Positions 9,233 to 19,596 of a DNA stretch of 64,000 bases are shown here, piece after piece. Source of the DNA: Promethearchaeota archaeon (GTDB lineage Archaea; Asgardarchaeota; Lokiarchaeia; Sigyniarchaeales; SOKP01); the NCBI GenBank assembly GCA_016839555.1, contig JAEOUA010000011.1:1-64000 (forward strand). The letters are read 5' to 3'. A program made the translations under genes and the position numbers. Under the pieces are notes generated by a model. It had not been told where the DNA came from, searched no databases, and saw only the letters and a list, made by a program, of their open reading frames with translations. Within the stretch, counting starts at the first letter, position 1. The number at the start of each line of letters is the position of its first letter.

Positions 9233-10291
9233 ATGGAGTTAAAACAAATAAGCCAAGAGGAGTTAAAATTAATAAAACAATTGGAGAGAGAAACCCATAT
9301 AAGCTCAAGAAGAATCAAAAAATCCTCGGATCGATTTACAAAATATTATTTTAGTTTTGGCGTTTCTGATGGTCATGTAACCCTTCTCTCGTTTTATAAT
9401 CTTAATTTAAAATCCTTTCCAAGAACTATCTTAAAATTTAAGCATCTCTCTGTTTTAGATTTAGAGGGCAATCCCGATGTAATACTGCCCCCAGATTTAT
9501 TACATCTTAAATCGCTTAAGGAATTACGGTTAGCATATTGCAATTATGATACTCTTCCTGATTTCTTTTCGGAATTTAGAGCACTTGAAACCTTAGATTT
9601 ACATAGTAATAAATTGCTTGAAATACCTTCCCAAATAAAGGAGCTAAATACATTACAACAGCTATTCTTAAATGGAAACTCCATAGAAGATATTGGCAAT
9701 GAGAAACCCAATTGTTCTGGATTATTAGAAATATCTCTGAGTAGTAATAAAATCACTCATTTCCCAAACTCTTTATTAAAATTGCTAAATTTAAAATCCC
9801 TCAGTTTAAAATATAATGCCATACCTTCAATACCTTCATCCATTAGCAGACTTTCTTCCCTTGAAAGACTCTCTCTCTCTGGAAACGAGTTAAAATTTTT
9901 GCCCGATTCAATCGAAAAGTTAAGCAAACTTCAAGTCCTTGGACTGGATCACAATAAATTGTGTTATTTACCTTCGAAAATAGGAAATCTAACCCGTCTA
10001 ACATATTTAGATGCTTGCGTGAATAATCTAGAAACATTACCGGATTCAATCTGCAATTTACAAAAGCTAGAATCCTTAATATTAGATGTTAATAATCTCA
10101 AGGAACTTCCAGCAAATTTTACCAACCTTAAAGCTCTCAAAATCTTAAATCTTGATAAAAATCCGAATCTGAAATTGACTCTACCCCAAGAAAGGTTTGT
10201 GAAGGCAGTTAAGCAAGAGTATTGGCGCAGATGGGGGGAGTCAGCAAAAAAAAAATTAGGGAAAATGCGTGAAGATCTTGGGGAAACATAG
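9233..10291 (+). CDS. leucine-rich repeat protein
   Basis: About 11 LxxLxLxxNxLxxLPxxI repeats. Confidence 0.92.
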   Translation: MELKQISQEELKLIKQLERETHISSRRIKKSSDRFTKYYFSFGVSDGHVTLLSFYNLNLKSFPRTILKFKHLSVLDLEGNPDVILPPDLLHLKSLKELRLAYCNYDTLPDFFSEFRALETLDLHSNKLLEIPSQIKELNTLQQLFLNGNSIEDIGNEKPNCSGLLEISLSSNKITHFPNSLLKLLNLKSLSLKYNAIPSIPSSISRLSSLERLSLSGNELKFLPDSIEKLSKLQVLGLDHNKLCYLPSKIGNLTRLTYLDACVNNLETLPDSICNLQKLESLILDVNNLKELPANFTNLKALKILNLDKNPNLKLTLPQERFVKAVKQEYWRRWGESAKKKLGKMREDLGET

Positions 10292-11582
10292 ACCATCGAA
10301 GGCAATCATATTAGCAGCAGGAGAAGGTACAAGACTTAAACCAATTACTTCTTCTATCCCTAAACCAATGATCCCTCTTGCTGGAAAACCACTTCTGGAG
10401 CATAATATTTTAGGTTTAAAAAACGCGGGGATTAATGAACTATTAATTATTGTTGGTTATAAAAAGGAACTCATTAAAGGTTATTTTAAAGACGGACAAA
10501 AATTTGGTTTAAGGATCGAATATATTACTCAAGAAGAATATCGTGGTACGGCTCATGCAACTGGATATGCTAAAGAATTTGTAAGGGATGATACTTTTCT
10601 AATGATGTATGGTGATATATTTGTAGATCAAAAAGCTTTCCAAGAAATCATAAAAAACTTTGAAAAAAGCAAAGCTGATGGCTTAATTTCTTTGTTAAAT
10701 GTGGATAATCCTCAAAATTATGGAATTATAACTCTGGATTCTAAAAATTATGTTAAAGAGATCATAGAAAAACCATCACTAGACAGAGAGGTAGGAAACC
10801 TTGCCAATGCAGGAATTTATATTTTTCCATCATTAATTTTTGATGCAATTGATGAGACTACGCTGTCAAAAAGAAATGAATACGAACTTACGGATTCTAT
10901 TGAAATTTTAATAAATAGCTATAATAAACACATAATTGGTTATATAATGAGAGATATTTATTGGAATGATATTGGCTTACCTTGGCAGTTATTAGAAGTC
11001 AATGAATATATATTGAGTACACTAAAAAGAAAAATAGAAGGCAAAATTGAAAAGAATGTCATTATTAAAGGAGATGTATATATTGGTGAAGGAACCATTG
11101 TAAAGTCAGGAACATATTTAAGAGGGCCTTGTTATATTGGAAAAAAATGTATCATTGGACCAAATGCATTCATACGACCAAGTAGCTCTATTCAAAATAA
11201 TTGTCATATCGGTATGAGTGAAATAAAGAATTCTATCATCCTTTCTAATACAAATATCCCACATTTCAATTATATTGGAGATTCTATTATCTGTGATAAT
11301 GTAAATTTAGGAGCAGGAACAAAAATAGCGAATCTAAGATTTGATGATAAAACTGTGAAAGTTTCTATTAAAGGAACTCGAATTAATTCCCCGAGAAACA
11401 AGTTAGGAGCGATAATAGGAGCAAATGTAAAGACCGGGATTAATGTTAGTATTATGTGTGGAAAGAAAATTGGAGAAAATGCTCGAATAGGTCCTCATAC
11501 TCTTGTTCTTGAGGATGTCCCAAAAGATGTCCTATATTATCATGATCCGAAAAGTGGGATAATCAGAAAAGAATTGAAATAA
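10269..11582 (+). CDS. glmU: bifunctional sugar-1-phosphate nucleotidyltransferase/acetyltransferase (archaeal GlmU-like)
   Basis: ILAAGEGTRLKP, PKPM motifs; C-terminal hexapeptide repeats, HFNYIGDS. Confidence 0.85.
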   Translation: MKILGKHRPSKAIILAAGEGTRLKPITSSIPKPMIPLAGKPLLEHNILGLKNAGINELLIIVGYKKELIKGYFKDGQKFGLRIEYITQEEYRGTAHATGYAKEFVRDDTFLMMYGDIFVDQKAFQEIIKNFEKSKADGLISLLNVDNPQNYGIITLDSKNYVKEIIEKPSLDREVGNLANAGIYIFPSLIFDAIDETTLSKRNEYELTDSIEILINSYNKHIIGYIMRDIYWNDIGLPWQLLEVNEYILSTLKRKIEGKIEKNVIIKGDVYIGEGTIVKSGTYLRGPCYIGKKCIIGPNAFIRPSSSIQNNCHIGMSEIKNSIILSNTNIPHFNYIGDSIICDNVNLGAGTKIANLRFDDKTVKVSIKGTRINSPRNKLGAIIGANVKTGINVSIMCGKKIGENARIGPHTLVLEDVPKDVLYYHDPKSGIIRKELK

Positions 11583-11721
11583 TATCTTTTCTTCTGAAAA
11601 TTTTATAAAATGACGATTCCCTCAAGCGTTATATTAATCCTATAATCAAACAAAATCTTAATTTATAGCATAATATTTATAAAACTAATTAACAAATTGA
11701 AAATGGTGAAATGTTAATTTT

Positions 11722-13200
11722 ATGAATTTTGATGATTTTGAGCTAATTTATCGAGAGAATAGAGTTGAAATCAAGGATAAAGAAAAAATTGTAGAAGAAT
11801 TAAAAAACAAAATTGGAGAGAAAAATGTTTCAACAGAAAAAATTGATATTTTAGCATATACTAGGGATACTTCTTTAATCTCACTTAATTGGACCATAGA
11901 GGGAAAACTGGCAGGTCTTCCGGATATAATTACGTTTCCTGAAAATATTGCTCATATAAAAGATATTTTAGAAATTGCTAATCGTGAAAAAATCCCAATT
12001 GTCCCTTTCGCAGAAGGTTCTGGGGTAGTTGGAGGGGCCATTCCCCTTAGAGGCGGAATTATTATCGATATGAAGCGATTTAATAAAATTTTAGAGATCA
12101 ACGATAAAAATCTCACCGTGACAGTTCAAACAGGGGTAAACGGAATGAATTTAGAGCGCTATTTAAATGCCAAAGGATATACGGGTGGACATATCCCCCA
12201 ATCTTTATATACTTCTTCAGTAGGAGGATGGATTGCTCATAAAGCTGCAGGTCAGTTTTCTACTAAATACGGTAAAATCGAAGATATTGTTCTAGGAATG
12301 AAAGTTGTGCTCCCAACTGGAGAACTTATTACTTTTGATCCAATAGCAAGAGCTGCCACTGGCCCGCAATTGGATAAATATTTCATAGGAAGCGAGGGAA
12401 CTTTAGGAATTGTAACTGAAGCGACTTTAAAAATATGGCCTTATCCAGAAAAAAGAACCTTAGTTTCGTACACATTTCCAACCATTGAAGAATCATTAAA
12501 TGCAACACGACAGATTATGCGTGAAAATGTATATCCTGCCGTTATCAGAATTTATGATGCCGATGAAACTATGCGGCATTTTGAAAATACTGAAAAGGCA
12601 AAAGATAAAGTAATGACTGTGTTTGTGTGTGAAGGAAATCAAAGATTGGTAGATTTAGAAGAGCAAATTACTCGAGAAAAATGTGAAGAAAATTCGGGAG
12701 TTGATTGCGAAGAAGAACCTGTTGAACATTGGTTTGAAACACGATTTAGAGTCACTGAAACTTCCATGTTTCCCCCATATAAGATTGTCGCAGATACGAT
12801 TGAGGTCTCTGTTATGTGGGATCGAGCGGCAGAATTATACCATTCTGTTGTTGATGCAACCAAAAAAGTAGAAGGAAATCTTTTAGTAAGTGCTCATGTC
12901 TCTCATTTCTATCCTAATGGAGTGGGTTTTTATTTCACATTTGGAGGTGTCCCGGGAAAGGAAAAGTCGCAATTTGACTTTTACAAAGAATGTTGGGATG
13001 CCACAATTAAAGCAACATTAGAAGCAGGAGGTTCTATTTCACATCATCATGGTATCGGCATCAATAGAAGTCATTGGATGAAAGAAGAATGGGATGGGGG
13101 TCTCGAGATTATGCAGAAATTCAAAAAAATCTTAGATCCAAATAATATATTTAATCCAGGAAAGATTTATGAGAAGACTTGGAAAGGAGGAAATGAATAA
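11722..13200 (+). CDS. FAD-linked oxidoreductase, alkyl-DHAP synthase (AGPS)-like
   Basis: GHIPQS, GGW..AAGQFSTKYG, GSEGTLGIVTE, SHHHGIG, DPNNIFNPGK. Confidence 0.85.
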   Translation: MNFDDFELIYRENRVEIKDKEKIVEELKNKIGEKNVSTEKIDILAYTRDTSLISLNWTIEGKLAGLPDIITFPENIAHIKDILEIANREKIPIVPFAEGSGVVGGAIPLRGGIIIDMKRFNKILEINDKNLTVTVQTGVNGMNLERYLNAKGYTGGHIPQSLYTSSVGGWIAHKAAGQFSTKYGKIEDIVLGMKVVLPTGELITFDPIARAATGPQLDKYFIGSEGTLGIVTEATLKIWPYPEKRTLVSYTFPTIEESLNATRQIMRENVYPAVIRIYDADETMRHFENTEKAKDKVMTVFVCEGNQRLVDLEEQITREKCEENSGVDCEEEPVEHWFETRFRVTETSMFPPYKIVADTIEVSVMWDRAAELYHSVVDATKKVEGNLLVSAHVSHFYPNGVGFYFTFGGVPGKEKSQFDFYKECWDATIKATLEAGGSISHHHGIGINRSHWMKEEWDGGLEIMQKFKKILDPNNIFNPGKIYEKTWKGGNE

Positions 13201-13202
13201 AA

Positions 13203-14543
13203 ATGGAAGAATTAAAAAAGTATAAGTGGATGATTCCCCTTATCTCGGGAGCAGAAAGACATGTAAGAAGAAAACTCTTAAATAACCTTCGAAAAAAGAA
13301 GGATCATTTTTATCCGGAAGGAGATTATAACGCTGATGTTAAAAATCTGATTAATTGCATGCTTTGTCCAAATATGTGTCGATTTGATTGCGGAACCCTT
13401 CAAGCGGCAGGTAAAGAAACAATCGGGCCTGCATATAAATCCCGGATTGGATATTTACTCACAATAGGAAAAATCAATCCCGAAGATCCTGAAAACAAAG
13501 AATTTATTGATTTAATGTATAAGTGTTCAAATGAAGAAAATTGTAAGATATGGTGCCCTTTTGATTTTTCCGTTGTTTCATTGCTGGAAACTGTGAGAGA
13601 TGATATAAATGAAAAGGGATTAATGCCAGACTACTGTAAAGAACAAATTAAAAAACTAAAAGACACGGGGACTATAGAAGACTATAATATTTTCAAAACC
13701 TATGAAGAGAAAAATATAGAGAATATTAATACTAAAGGTGATGATGAAGTTTTCTATTATATTGGCTGCGAAACGATGAAATTTCCAGAAGTGGTCCAAG
13801 CCAATATAGAAATATTAAAGCGGGCAGGTGTTAAGTTTTCAACAAATTTAGATGAACGAGTATGTTGTGCGGCGCCAGCATTAAATATAAGGGATTTTGA
13901 CACGGTTAAACAACTAGCAGATAAAAATATTGAATTAATCAAAAAAACAGGATCAAAAATAGTTGTTTCTGATTGTCCTGGATGCGTTCATGCTCTTACA
14001 AAAAGATATCAACAAACAGGAACAGTAAATGGAGAATATATTCGTAAGGAACGAGTAAAGGAGGTAACTGAACTTCCAGGAGATTTCTCACGCAATATAT
14101 TCGAAGATGGTCCCGAAGTGATTCATATCGTCGAATATATTAAACGTTTGGTTGATCAAGGTTCTCTAACTTTGAAAAATGTTCCAGAAAAATATCAAAC
14201 GGTCACAATTCACGATCCTTGTCTCTTAGCAAGGAATTTGAATGATATTGAATCCATTAGAGCTATCCTTAACGCGATACCAAATTTAAAGATAAGTGAA
14301 CCGATTTATAATAAAGAAGATACTCATTGCTGCGGGTGGAGTGGAACAGTTCATTGGGCAGATAAAGAAATTGCTATAAAGGAATCTGAAAATAGGATTA
14401 AAGAATTAAAAGATTCAGGATCAGATATAATCATAACTGCTTGTCCAACCTGTGAATTAGGTTTAGCTTATGGTATCGATGAACAGGAAAAAAGTAAAAT
14501 TGAAATAATAGATCTCTCTGAATTATTAATGAAAGCTTTATAA
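13203..14543 (+). CDS. Fe-S / CCG-domain oxidoreductase subunit (GlpC/HdrD-like)
   Basis: CxxCPxxC, YYIGC, CC, SDCPGC, HDPC, CCG, ACPTC. Confidence 0.85.
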   Translation: MEELKKYKWMIPLISGAERHVRRKLLNNLRKKKDHFYPEGDYNADVKNLINCMLCPNMCRFDCGTLQAAGKETIGPAYKSRIGYLLTIGKINPEDPENKEFIDLMYKCSNEENCKIWCPFDFSVVSLLETVRDDINEKGLMPDYCKEQIKKLKDTGTIEDYNIFKTYEEKNIENINTKGDDEVFYYIGCETMKFPEVVQANIEILKRAGVKFSTNLDERVCCAAPALNIRDFDTVKQLADKNIELIKKTGSKIVVSDCPGCVHALTKRYQQTGTVNGEYIRKERVKEVTELPGDFSRNIFEDGPEVIHIVEYIKRLVDQGSLTLKNVPEKYQTVTIHDPCLLARNLNDIESIRAILNAIPNLKISEPIYNKEDTHCCGWSGTVHWADKEIAIKESENRIKELKDSGSDIIITACPTCELGLAYGIDEQEKSKIEIIDLSELLMKAL

Positions 14544-14569
14544 TATTATAAATTTCTTTTTTCTTTTAG

Positions 14570-14610
14570 GTTTGTTTTAAGTTTGTTTTAAGTTTGTTTT
14601 AAGTTTCTTT
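14570..14610 (+). repeat. 11-bp tandem repeat GTTTGTTTTAA x3 plus partial copy
   Basis: Direct reading; T-rich intergenic region. Confidence 0.8.
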
Positions 14611-14725
14611 TTGAAAAAAACCTAATATTTCTATAATTTATTATTAAGTGAAAGTTATTTAAATTAAAAAATTTAAATTTAAAATAAAAATAAAAATAAA
14701 AAAATAGTATAAGAGTGAATTAATA

Positions 14726-16180
14726 ATGTTATTACTAGTTTTTGACTGCGGAACGACTGGTACGCGTTCAATTTTATTTGATATTAATGGAAAAGAAGTT
14801 TCTAGGGCATATGAAGAATATCAGATTCCACAACAGCCTGTTGGCATCTCAGAACAAAATCCGATTATATGGTGGAATGCAATAAAAAATACTTGCAACC
14901 AAGCAATAAAGAATAAGAATATAAATCTTGATGACATAATTGGAATATCTGCTGCGTTCCATCGTGCAACTACAACGCTCATTGATAAGAATGGAGATAT
15001 TTTACTTGATGCATTAACATGGATGGACGAAAGAGAATCCACTAGTTTCGAAGGATTTCAAGAAGAAGGGGGATTACGGAGAATAATTCCAAAATTAATC
15101 TGGATTAAGAGGAATAGACCAGAGATATTTGATAATGCATCTAAAATTATATTCCCTGACACATATACTTACATGAAGTTATGTGGAAAAGAGTTATGCG
15201 CTACAGATCCAACAAACGGTATTTATGGGATTATGAATAAAGAAACATTGGACTGGGATGAAGGTCTTGGTGAACAATTTGGTTTACCCGTGGATCTTTG
15301 GCCTGAGCTACGTAACCCAGGTGAAATCATTGGTGAATTAACAAGCGAAGCCGCAAAAGAACTTGGTTTAAAAGCAAACATTCCGATTATACAGGGAGGT
15401 GGAGATCAACAATGTGCATCCTTAGGAATGGGAGTTATGGATAAGGGGCAAGCGAAAGTTACGACGGGCACAGGCACGTTCGTTGATGTTTGTACTGGCG
15501 ATGAAATAATCCAACCTGTTGGAGATTTTCCAATTTTTCCATTACCTCACGTCATTAAAGGTAAGTGGTTTCTAGAAGGTGTGATGCCTGGTACTGGAAG
15601 TATGTTACAAACATATGCGAGAAACTTTTCACAGTTACAAATTAAAGAAAGTGAAAATGTATATGATGTTTTAACAAAAGAAGCGGAACAAGCCCCCCCT
15701 GGGAGCAATGGCTTACTATTTGTCCCACTTTATATTTTTAGGAAGGGGACAATTCACGGTTTGGGATGGCATCATAATAGAACACATTTCGCACGAGCAA
15801 TTATGGAAAGCGCTGCTTTAAGTGCGAATATGTACTTAGGTTTATTAGAAGGAATGGCAAAAATTAAATTAACTGAGTTAAAATCTGATGGAGGCGCAAT
15901 GAATTCTGACTTTTGGGCACAGATATTCGCAGACATTATAGGAAAGAAGATATTAGTCCCTGAAAATAGAGATGGTGCTGCCTTAGGAGCCGCAATATTA
16001 GGATTTCATGGAACTAAGTCTTATGGAAGCTTTGATGACGCAATAGAGAAAATGGTTCGATTTGAAAAAGAGTTTAATCCCATAAAAGCGAATTCAAAAA
16101 TTTACAAGAAGCTTGTGCGAGTATTCATGCCACTAGTGCTAAAAACAGACGAGGAAAAAAGAGTAACCAAAGATCTTTAA
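14726..16180 (+). CDS. FGGY-family carbohydrate kinase
   Basis: DCGTTGTR, GGGDQQ, TGTG, DGG, GAALGAA. Confidence 0.9.
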   Translation: MLLLVFDCGTTGTRSILFDINGKEVSRAYEEYQIPQQPVGISEQNPIIWWNAIKNTCNQAIKNKNINLDDIIGISAAFHRATTTLIDKNGDILLDALTWMDERESTSFEGFQEEGGLRRIIPKLIWIKRNRPEIFDNASKIIFPDTYTYMKLCGKELCATDPTNGIYGIMNKETLDWDEGLGEQFGLPVDLWPELRNPGEIIGELTSEAAKELGLKANIPIIQGGGDQQCASLGMGVMDKGQAKVTTGTGTFVDVCTGDEIIQPVGDFPIFPLPHVIKGKWFLEGVMPGTGSMLQTYARNFSQLQIKESENVYDVLTKEAEQAPPGSNGLLFVPLYIFRKGTIHGLGWHHNRTHFARAIMESAALSANMYLGLLEGMAKIKLTELKSDGGAMNSDFWAQIFADIIGKKILVPENRDGAALGAAILGFHGTKSYGSFDDAIEKMVRFEKEFNPIKANSKIYKKLVRVFMPLVLKTDEEKRVTKDL

Positions 16181-16380
16181 CAAATTTTTACTTAATTCAA
16201 AAACTGAAGAAACTTAAGCGTGTAACCAAAAAATAAATAGGGATTATCAAATTAGTTAATTATATAAGGAGACTAATTCTATTATGAATATATAAAGGTT
16301 TTCTAGGCGATGACTAGAGGCTTTGTGGATTTCATCTAATTTAAGATGAGAATATAGAAAAAGAAATATACTACTTAGAT

Positions 16381-16611
16381 GATGTTATTGGAAAAAAGAT
16401 TTTAGTACCATAAGTCAAAGATGGAGCAGCCTTAGGAGCTGCCTTTATAGCGGGATTAAAAACTGGTTTTTGGAAATCTAAAGAATATATTAAGAATTTA
16501 TACAAGGTTGGCGAGGTTTATAAACCACAAATCAACGAAAAGGAACGAAATACATTATATGAAACATGGAAGGATATAGTCTCAAGATCTCTAAATTATG
16601 TGAAAATCTAA
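16381..16611 (+). pseudogene. FGGY/glycerol kinase C-terminal fragment with internal stop
   Basis: DVIGKKILVP*VKDGAALGAAFIAGLKTGFWKSKEYIKNLYKVGEVYKPQINEKERNTLYETWKDIVSRS; TAA at 16411. Confidence 0.8.
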
Positions 16612-16875
16612 ATTGAAACATCGTCAATATCCATATTATTTTTTTTTTATTAATTTTTTTCTAAGCTCTTACGAAGTTAGATTCCATATTTTTTTAATTC
16701 TATTTCTAATTGTTTTCTCATCTACATTAATTCTTTCAGCAATTTGTGATATGGAATACATTTTAATTTGTAAACTCTTATTGTTTTAATTAGTAAACTC
16801 TGATTATAAACAATTAAAAACAGAGTTTGAGAAAAGAAAAAGTCCTTAATTCGCAAGAGAACAATCAGTACCTAT

Positions 16876-17799
16876 TTATTTTGGAAAATTAAACAATTTT
16901 CTTGCTTTATCAACTGTCCCAGAATCAAAGTTCCTAAATAAAGCATAAGCAGCAATCGGTACAACACATCCGCAATTTTCACATAATAGGGGTGAATTTC
17001 CCATGACACAAAACTTTTGTCTTCCATCTGGATAGAAACTTTTTATTTGACCGACTTTGAATACACAATGTGGCACAAATTCTTTTGACAGGTATAATTC
17101 TAGCATTTTTTTTGAATAAAAAATGAAATTTCCATATTTACTCATTACTTTTAGAATGCTTTTTATTGCCTCTCTTAACATCTCTCCTTTTAATATTAAA
17201 GGGTCGTGAGGATAACCCGTATATAACTGAAAAACAAGCCCAGATGCACCATTATCATGAGCAATTTTAGCAATATCCTCAATTTCTTTATAATTCAGTG
17301 TCATTATGGCAGAAGTGACAACAGGATGGAATTCCCGAATATTTTTTAAGACTTTATCAAAAACCTTCGCACACCTTATCTTGTCATGAGTTTCCTTAGT
17401 TCCATCTAAACTCACCCAATATTTTGGTTGTTTTTGCCCCTTAAATCGAGGTAATTTCATGACTCCATTTGAGACTACTTGGACTGAGGAGAAAATTTTA
17501 ATTGCTTCTTTTATAAGGTCTGTTCTTAAAGTAGGTTCTCCACCGGTTAAGATGGCTATTTTTGTTCCTAATTTTTTATGGTATTTAAAAATCTTAATCC
17601 ATTCTTCGTTCGATAACTCTTTTCTTTTACTATTTAATTCCGTTGTTGAGGAGAAAAAGTAACAATGTTTACATTTTAAGTTACATTGCCAAGTTAAATC
17701 ATAATTCACATAGAATGGAACCTTCCTTAGTATCGATTTTAAAAAGGAAGGAGCCATGGAAATAAAACTTATTATATTCTTCACTTTAAATAATCCCAT
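16876..17799 (-). CDS. radical SAM protein
   Basis: CNLKCKHC, TGGEP, SNG, VSLDG; Cys-rich C-terminus. Confidence 0.9.
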   Translation of the reverse strand: MGLFKVKNIISFISMAPSFLKSILRKVPFYVNYDLTWQCNLKCKHCYFFSSTTELNSKRKELSNEEWIKIFKYHKKLGTKIAILTGGEPTLRTDLIKEAIKIFSSVQVVSNGVMKLPRFKGQKQPKYWVSLDGTKETHDKIRCAKVFDKVLKNIREFHPVVTSAIMTLNYKEIEDIAKIAHDNGASGLVFQLYTGYPHDPLILKGEMLREAIKSILKVMSKYGNFIFYSKKMLELYLSKEFVPHCVFKVGQIKSFYPDGRQKFCVMGNSPLLCENCGCVVPIAAYALFRNFDSGTVDKARKLFNFPK

Positions 17800-18412
17800 T
17801 ATTAAAAAATAAAATTTGATATTTTATAAAAATTTTATAAAAAGACATAATTTTAAACTCCTGATTCTAATTATTTGATCTTTGTTCCATTCCTTTTTTT
17901 TTATAAGAGATATAATAATCTTAGAGTCTATTTAGAATGTACAGCTTATTGATATAATATATATAGATTTATTTCCCCAATAAAACAATGGAGGTTTGAT
18001 TCCATTTTTTTCAAAAAAATAGATTTATTTTATTTCAAGCAGACCAGGTTTGCTCTATTGCTTTAATAAACTTCAAAAAAAATATATCTGATATAACAGG
18101 AATCGCCTAAAAGTGATAGCACGGTGATAACACAAAATCATATTTTTTCCATTTTTAAATTATGAATTGGAATATTATGATGTAACAGCTAAGCAGGATA
18201 AAGGCGCAAATCTACCAGAATTAGCTGATAGATTTATAAATTGGATAAATAAGATCCATTAAAAATAAAAAATAAGGGATATATTGAATAAAGAAGTATT
18301 AGTATAGAAATTACTAAATTAAGTGTTAGAGTGTCCCTAATGCTCGATTATTAAAAAAGATAGGGGGGGTTCGAATCCTAATTTTTACTTAGAAATCTTT
18401 ATTTCAAATTTT

Positions 18413-18682
18413 ATGAAGAACGAAAGAGAATTCTACAGAAAATCAAGCCTCAAAGGTATTAAAATTATTTTAAGCGATTCTGTATATGAGATTCAAAAAC
18501 AAGATATATACTATTTTGATTCATTCTATGGAAAAAGAACGAGATGGGAAACGATATATATATTAGAAGCAGAAGAAAATACTCCCTTCACAGAAGAACA
18601 GAAAAATACTTTTATGGAACACTTGCTTAATATCATTCACGACGACGGACGGTCTCAAGTTGATATAAAAAAATTCACCTGA
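18413..18682 (+). CDS. hypothetical protein
   Basis: 89-aa ORF, ATG start, followed by T-tract. Confidence 0.5.
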   Translation: MKNEREFYRKSSLKGIKIILSDSVYEIQKQDIYYFDSFYGKRTRWETIYILEAEENTPFTEEQKNTFMEHLLNIIHDDGRSQVDIKKFT

Positions 18683-18826
18683 TATATTTTCTTTTTTTTT
18701 ATTAATTCTTTTTTTAATGTTTATAATAATTTAATGCTCTATTTTAGTATTTAAGGAATTTTTGTTTAAATACATTCAATCAAAATTGTTGTTAATACAT
18801 TACATAAAAATAGAAAGGAAACCATA

Positions 18827-19051
18827 ATGGAAGCAATTTTTAAGCTCAAGCTAAGCACTCAAGATTTAGGAATTAACTCTTCTCAGTATTCTAATGAACA
18901 ACTTAAAGAACTATTAACAAAAGAACTGATCGAGAGCATCATAAATTACGATTTTGAGAAAGCATTTACCCGTAATCCAGATGATTATATCACTTTTAGA
19001 ATACAAAAACCTTCTTTAGAAGTTCCTAAATCTAAAATACCTATATTTTAA
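18827..19051 (+). CDS. hypothetical protein
   Basis: 74-aa ORF with upstream AGGA and downstream T-tract. Confidence 0.5.
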   Translation: MEAIFKLKLSTQDLGINSSQYSNEQLKELLTKELIESIINYDFEKAFTRNPDDYITFRIQKPSLEVPKSKIPIF

Positions 19052-19316
19052 TTCACTTTTTTTCCTTTTTGTTGGAAATATGAGAACGAATGAGAATAAA
19101 AATTCTCAAAAATCCTCAATCATTATAAGGATGATCCCTTTAGTTTGAAATTTCTTTTGGTATAGCAAATTATTATCCTTAGAGGACTATTTGAAATATC
19201 CATAAACTTAGAAAATTCAGAGTAAACCACAAAATCAATTGAGATTTTAGATTAAAAAGCCAGAATAATTTATTATATTCATAAGGCTATATAAAGGCAA
19301 AAAAAGCTAAAACAAA

Positions 19317-19596
19317 ATGAACGATTCAGAGCCATATTTGGTAAAGGTAAGCAGGTATCATCCAGAGTTTATGGATCGCATAAATCGACTTACTATAGAA
19401 CACGCAAAAAATATTGGAAATGCCAATGGAAAACGACTTAATTATTTGCGATGGATGTAACGACAAAATTCTAACGCTAACGACTTATTTATTATGTTTT
19501 AACAGAGAAGGACAAACATTCGTTAATAGATGTATTTGCGATAAATGTAAGGAAAAAAATTCAAAAATTATATTTTTAATGCATAATTTTCTTTGA
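19317..19596 (+). pseudogene. small Cys-motif protein, apparently frameshifted at A6 (19406-19411)
   Basis: ATG 19317 frame (MNDSEPYLVKVSRYHPEF...EHAK) joins the CDGC...CICDKC frame if one A is removed. Confidence 0.4.

Noticed and set aside
14570-14610. 11-bp repeat as a CRISPR array
   Set aside because: No spacers, unit too short; no array seen anywhere in the window
18320-18390. Intact tRNA gene
   Set aside because: Only a T-loop-like motif; no acceptor stem or D-arm could be folded
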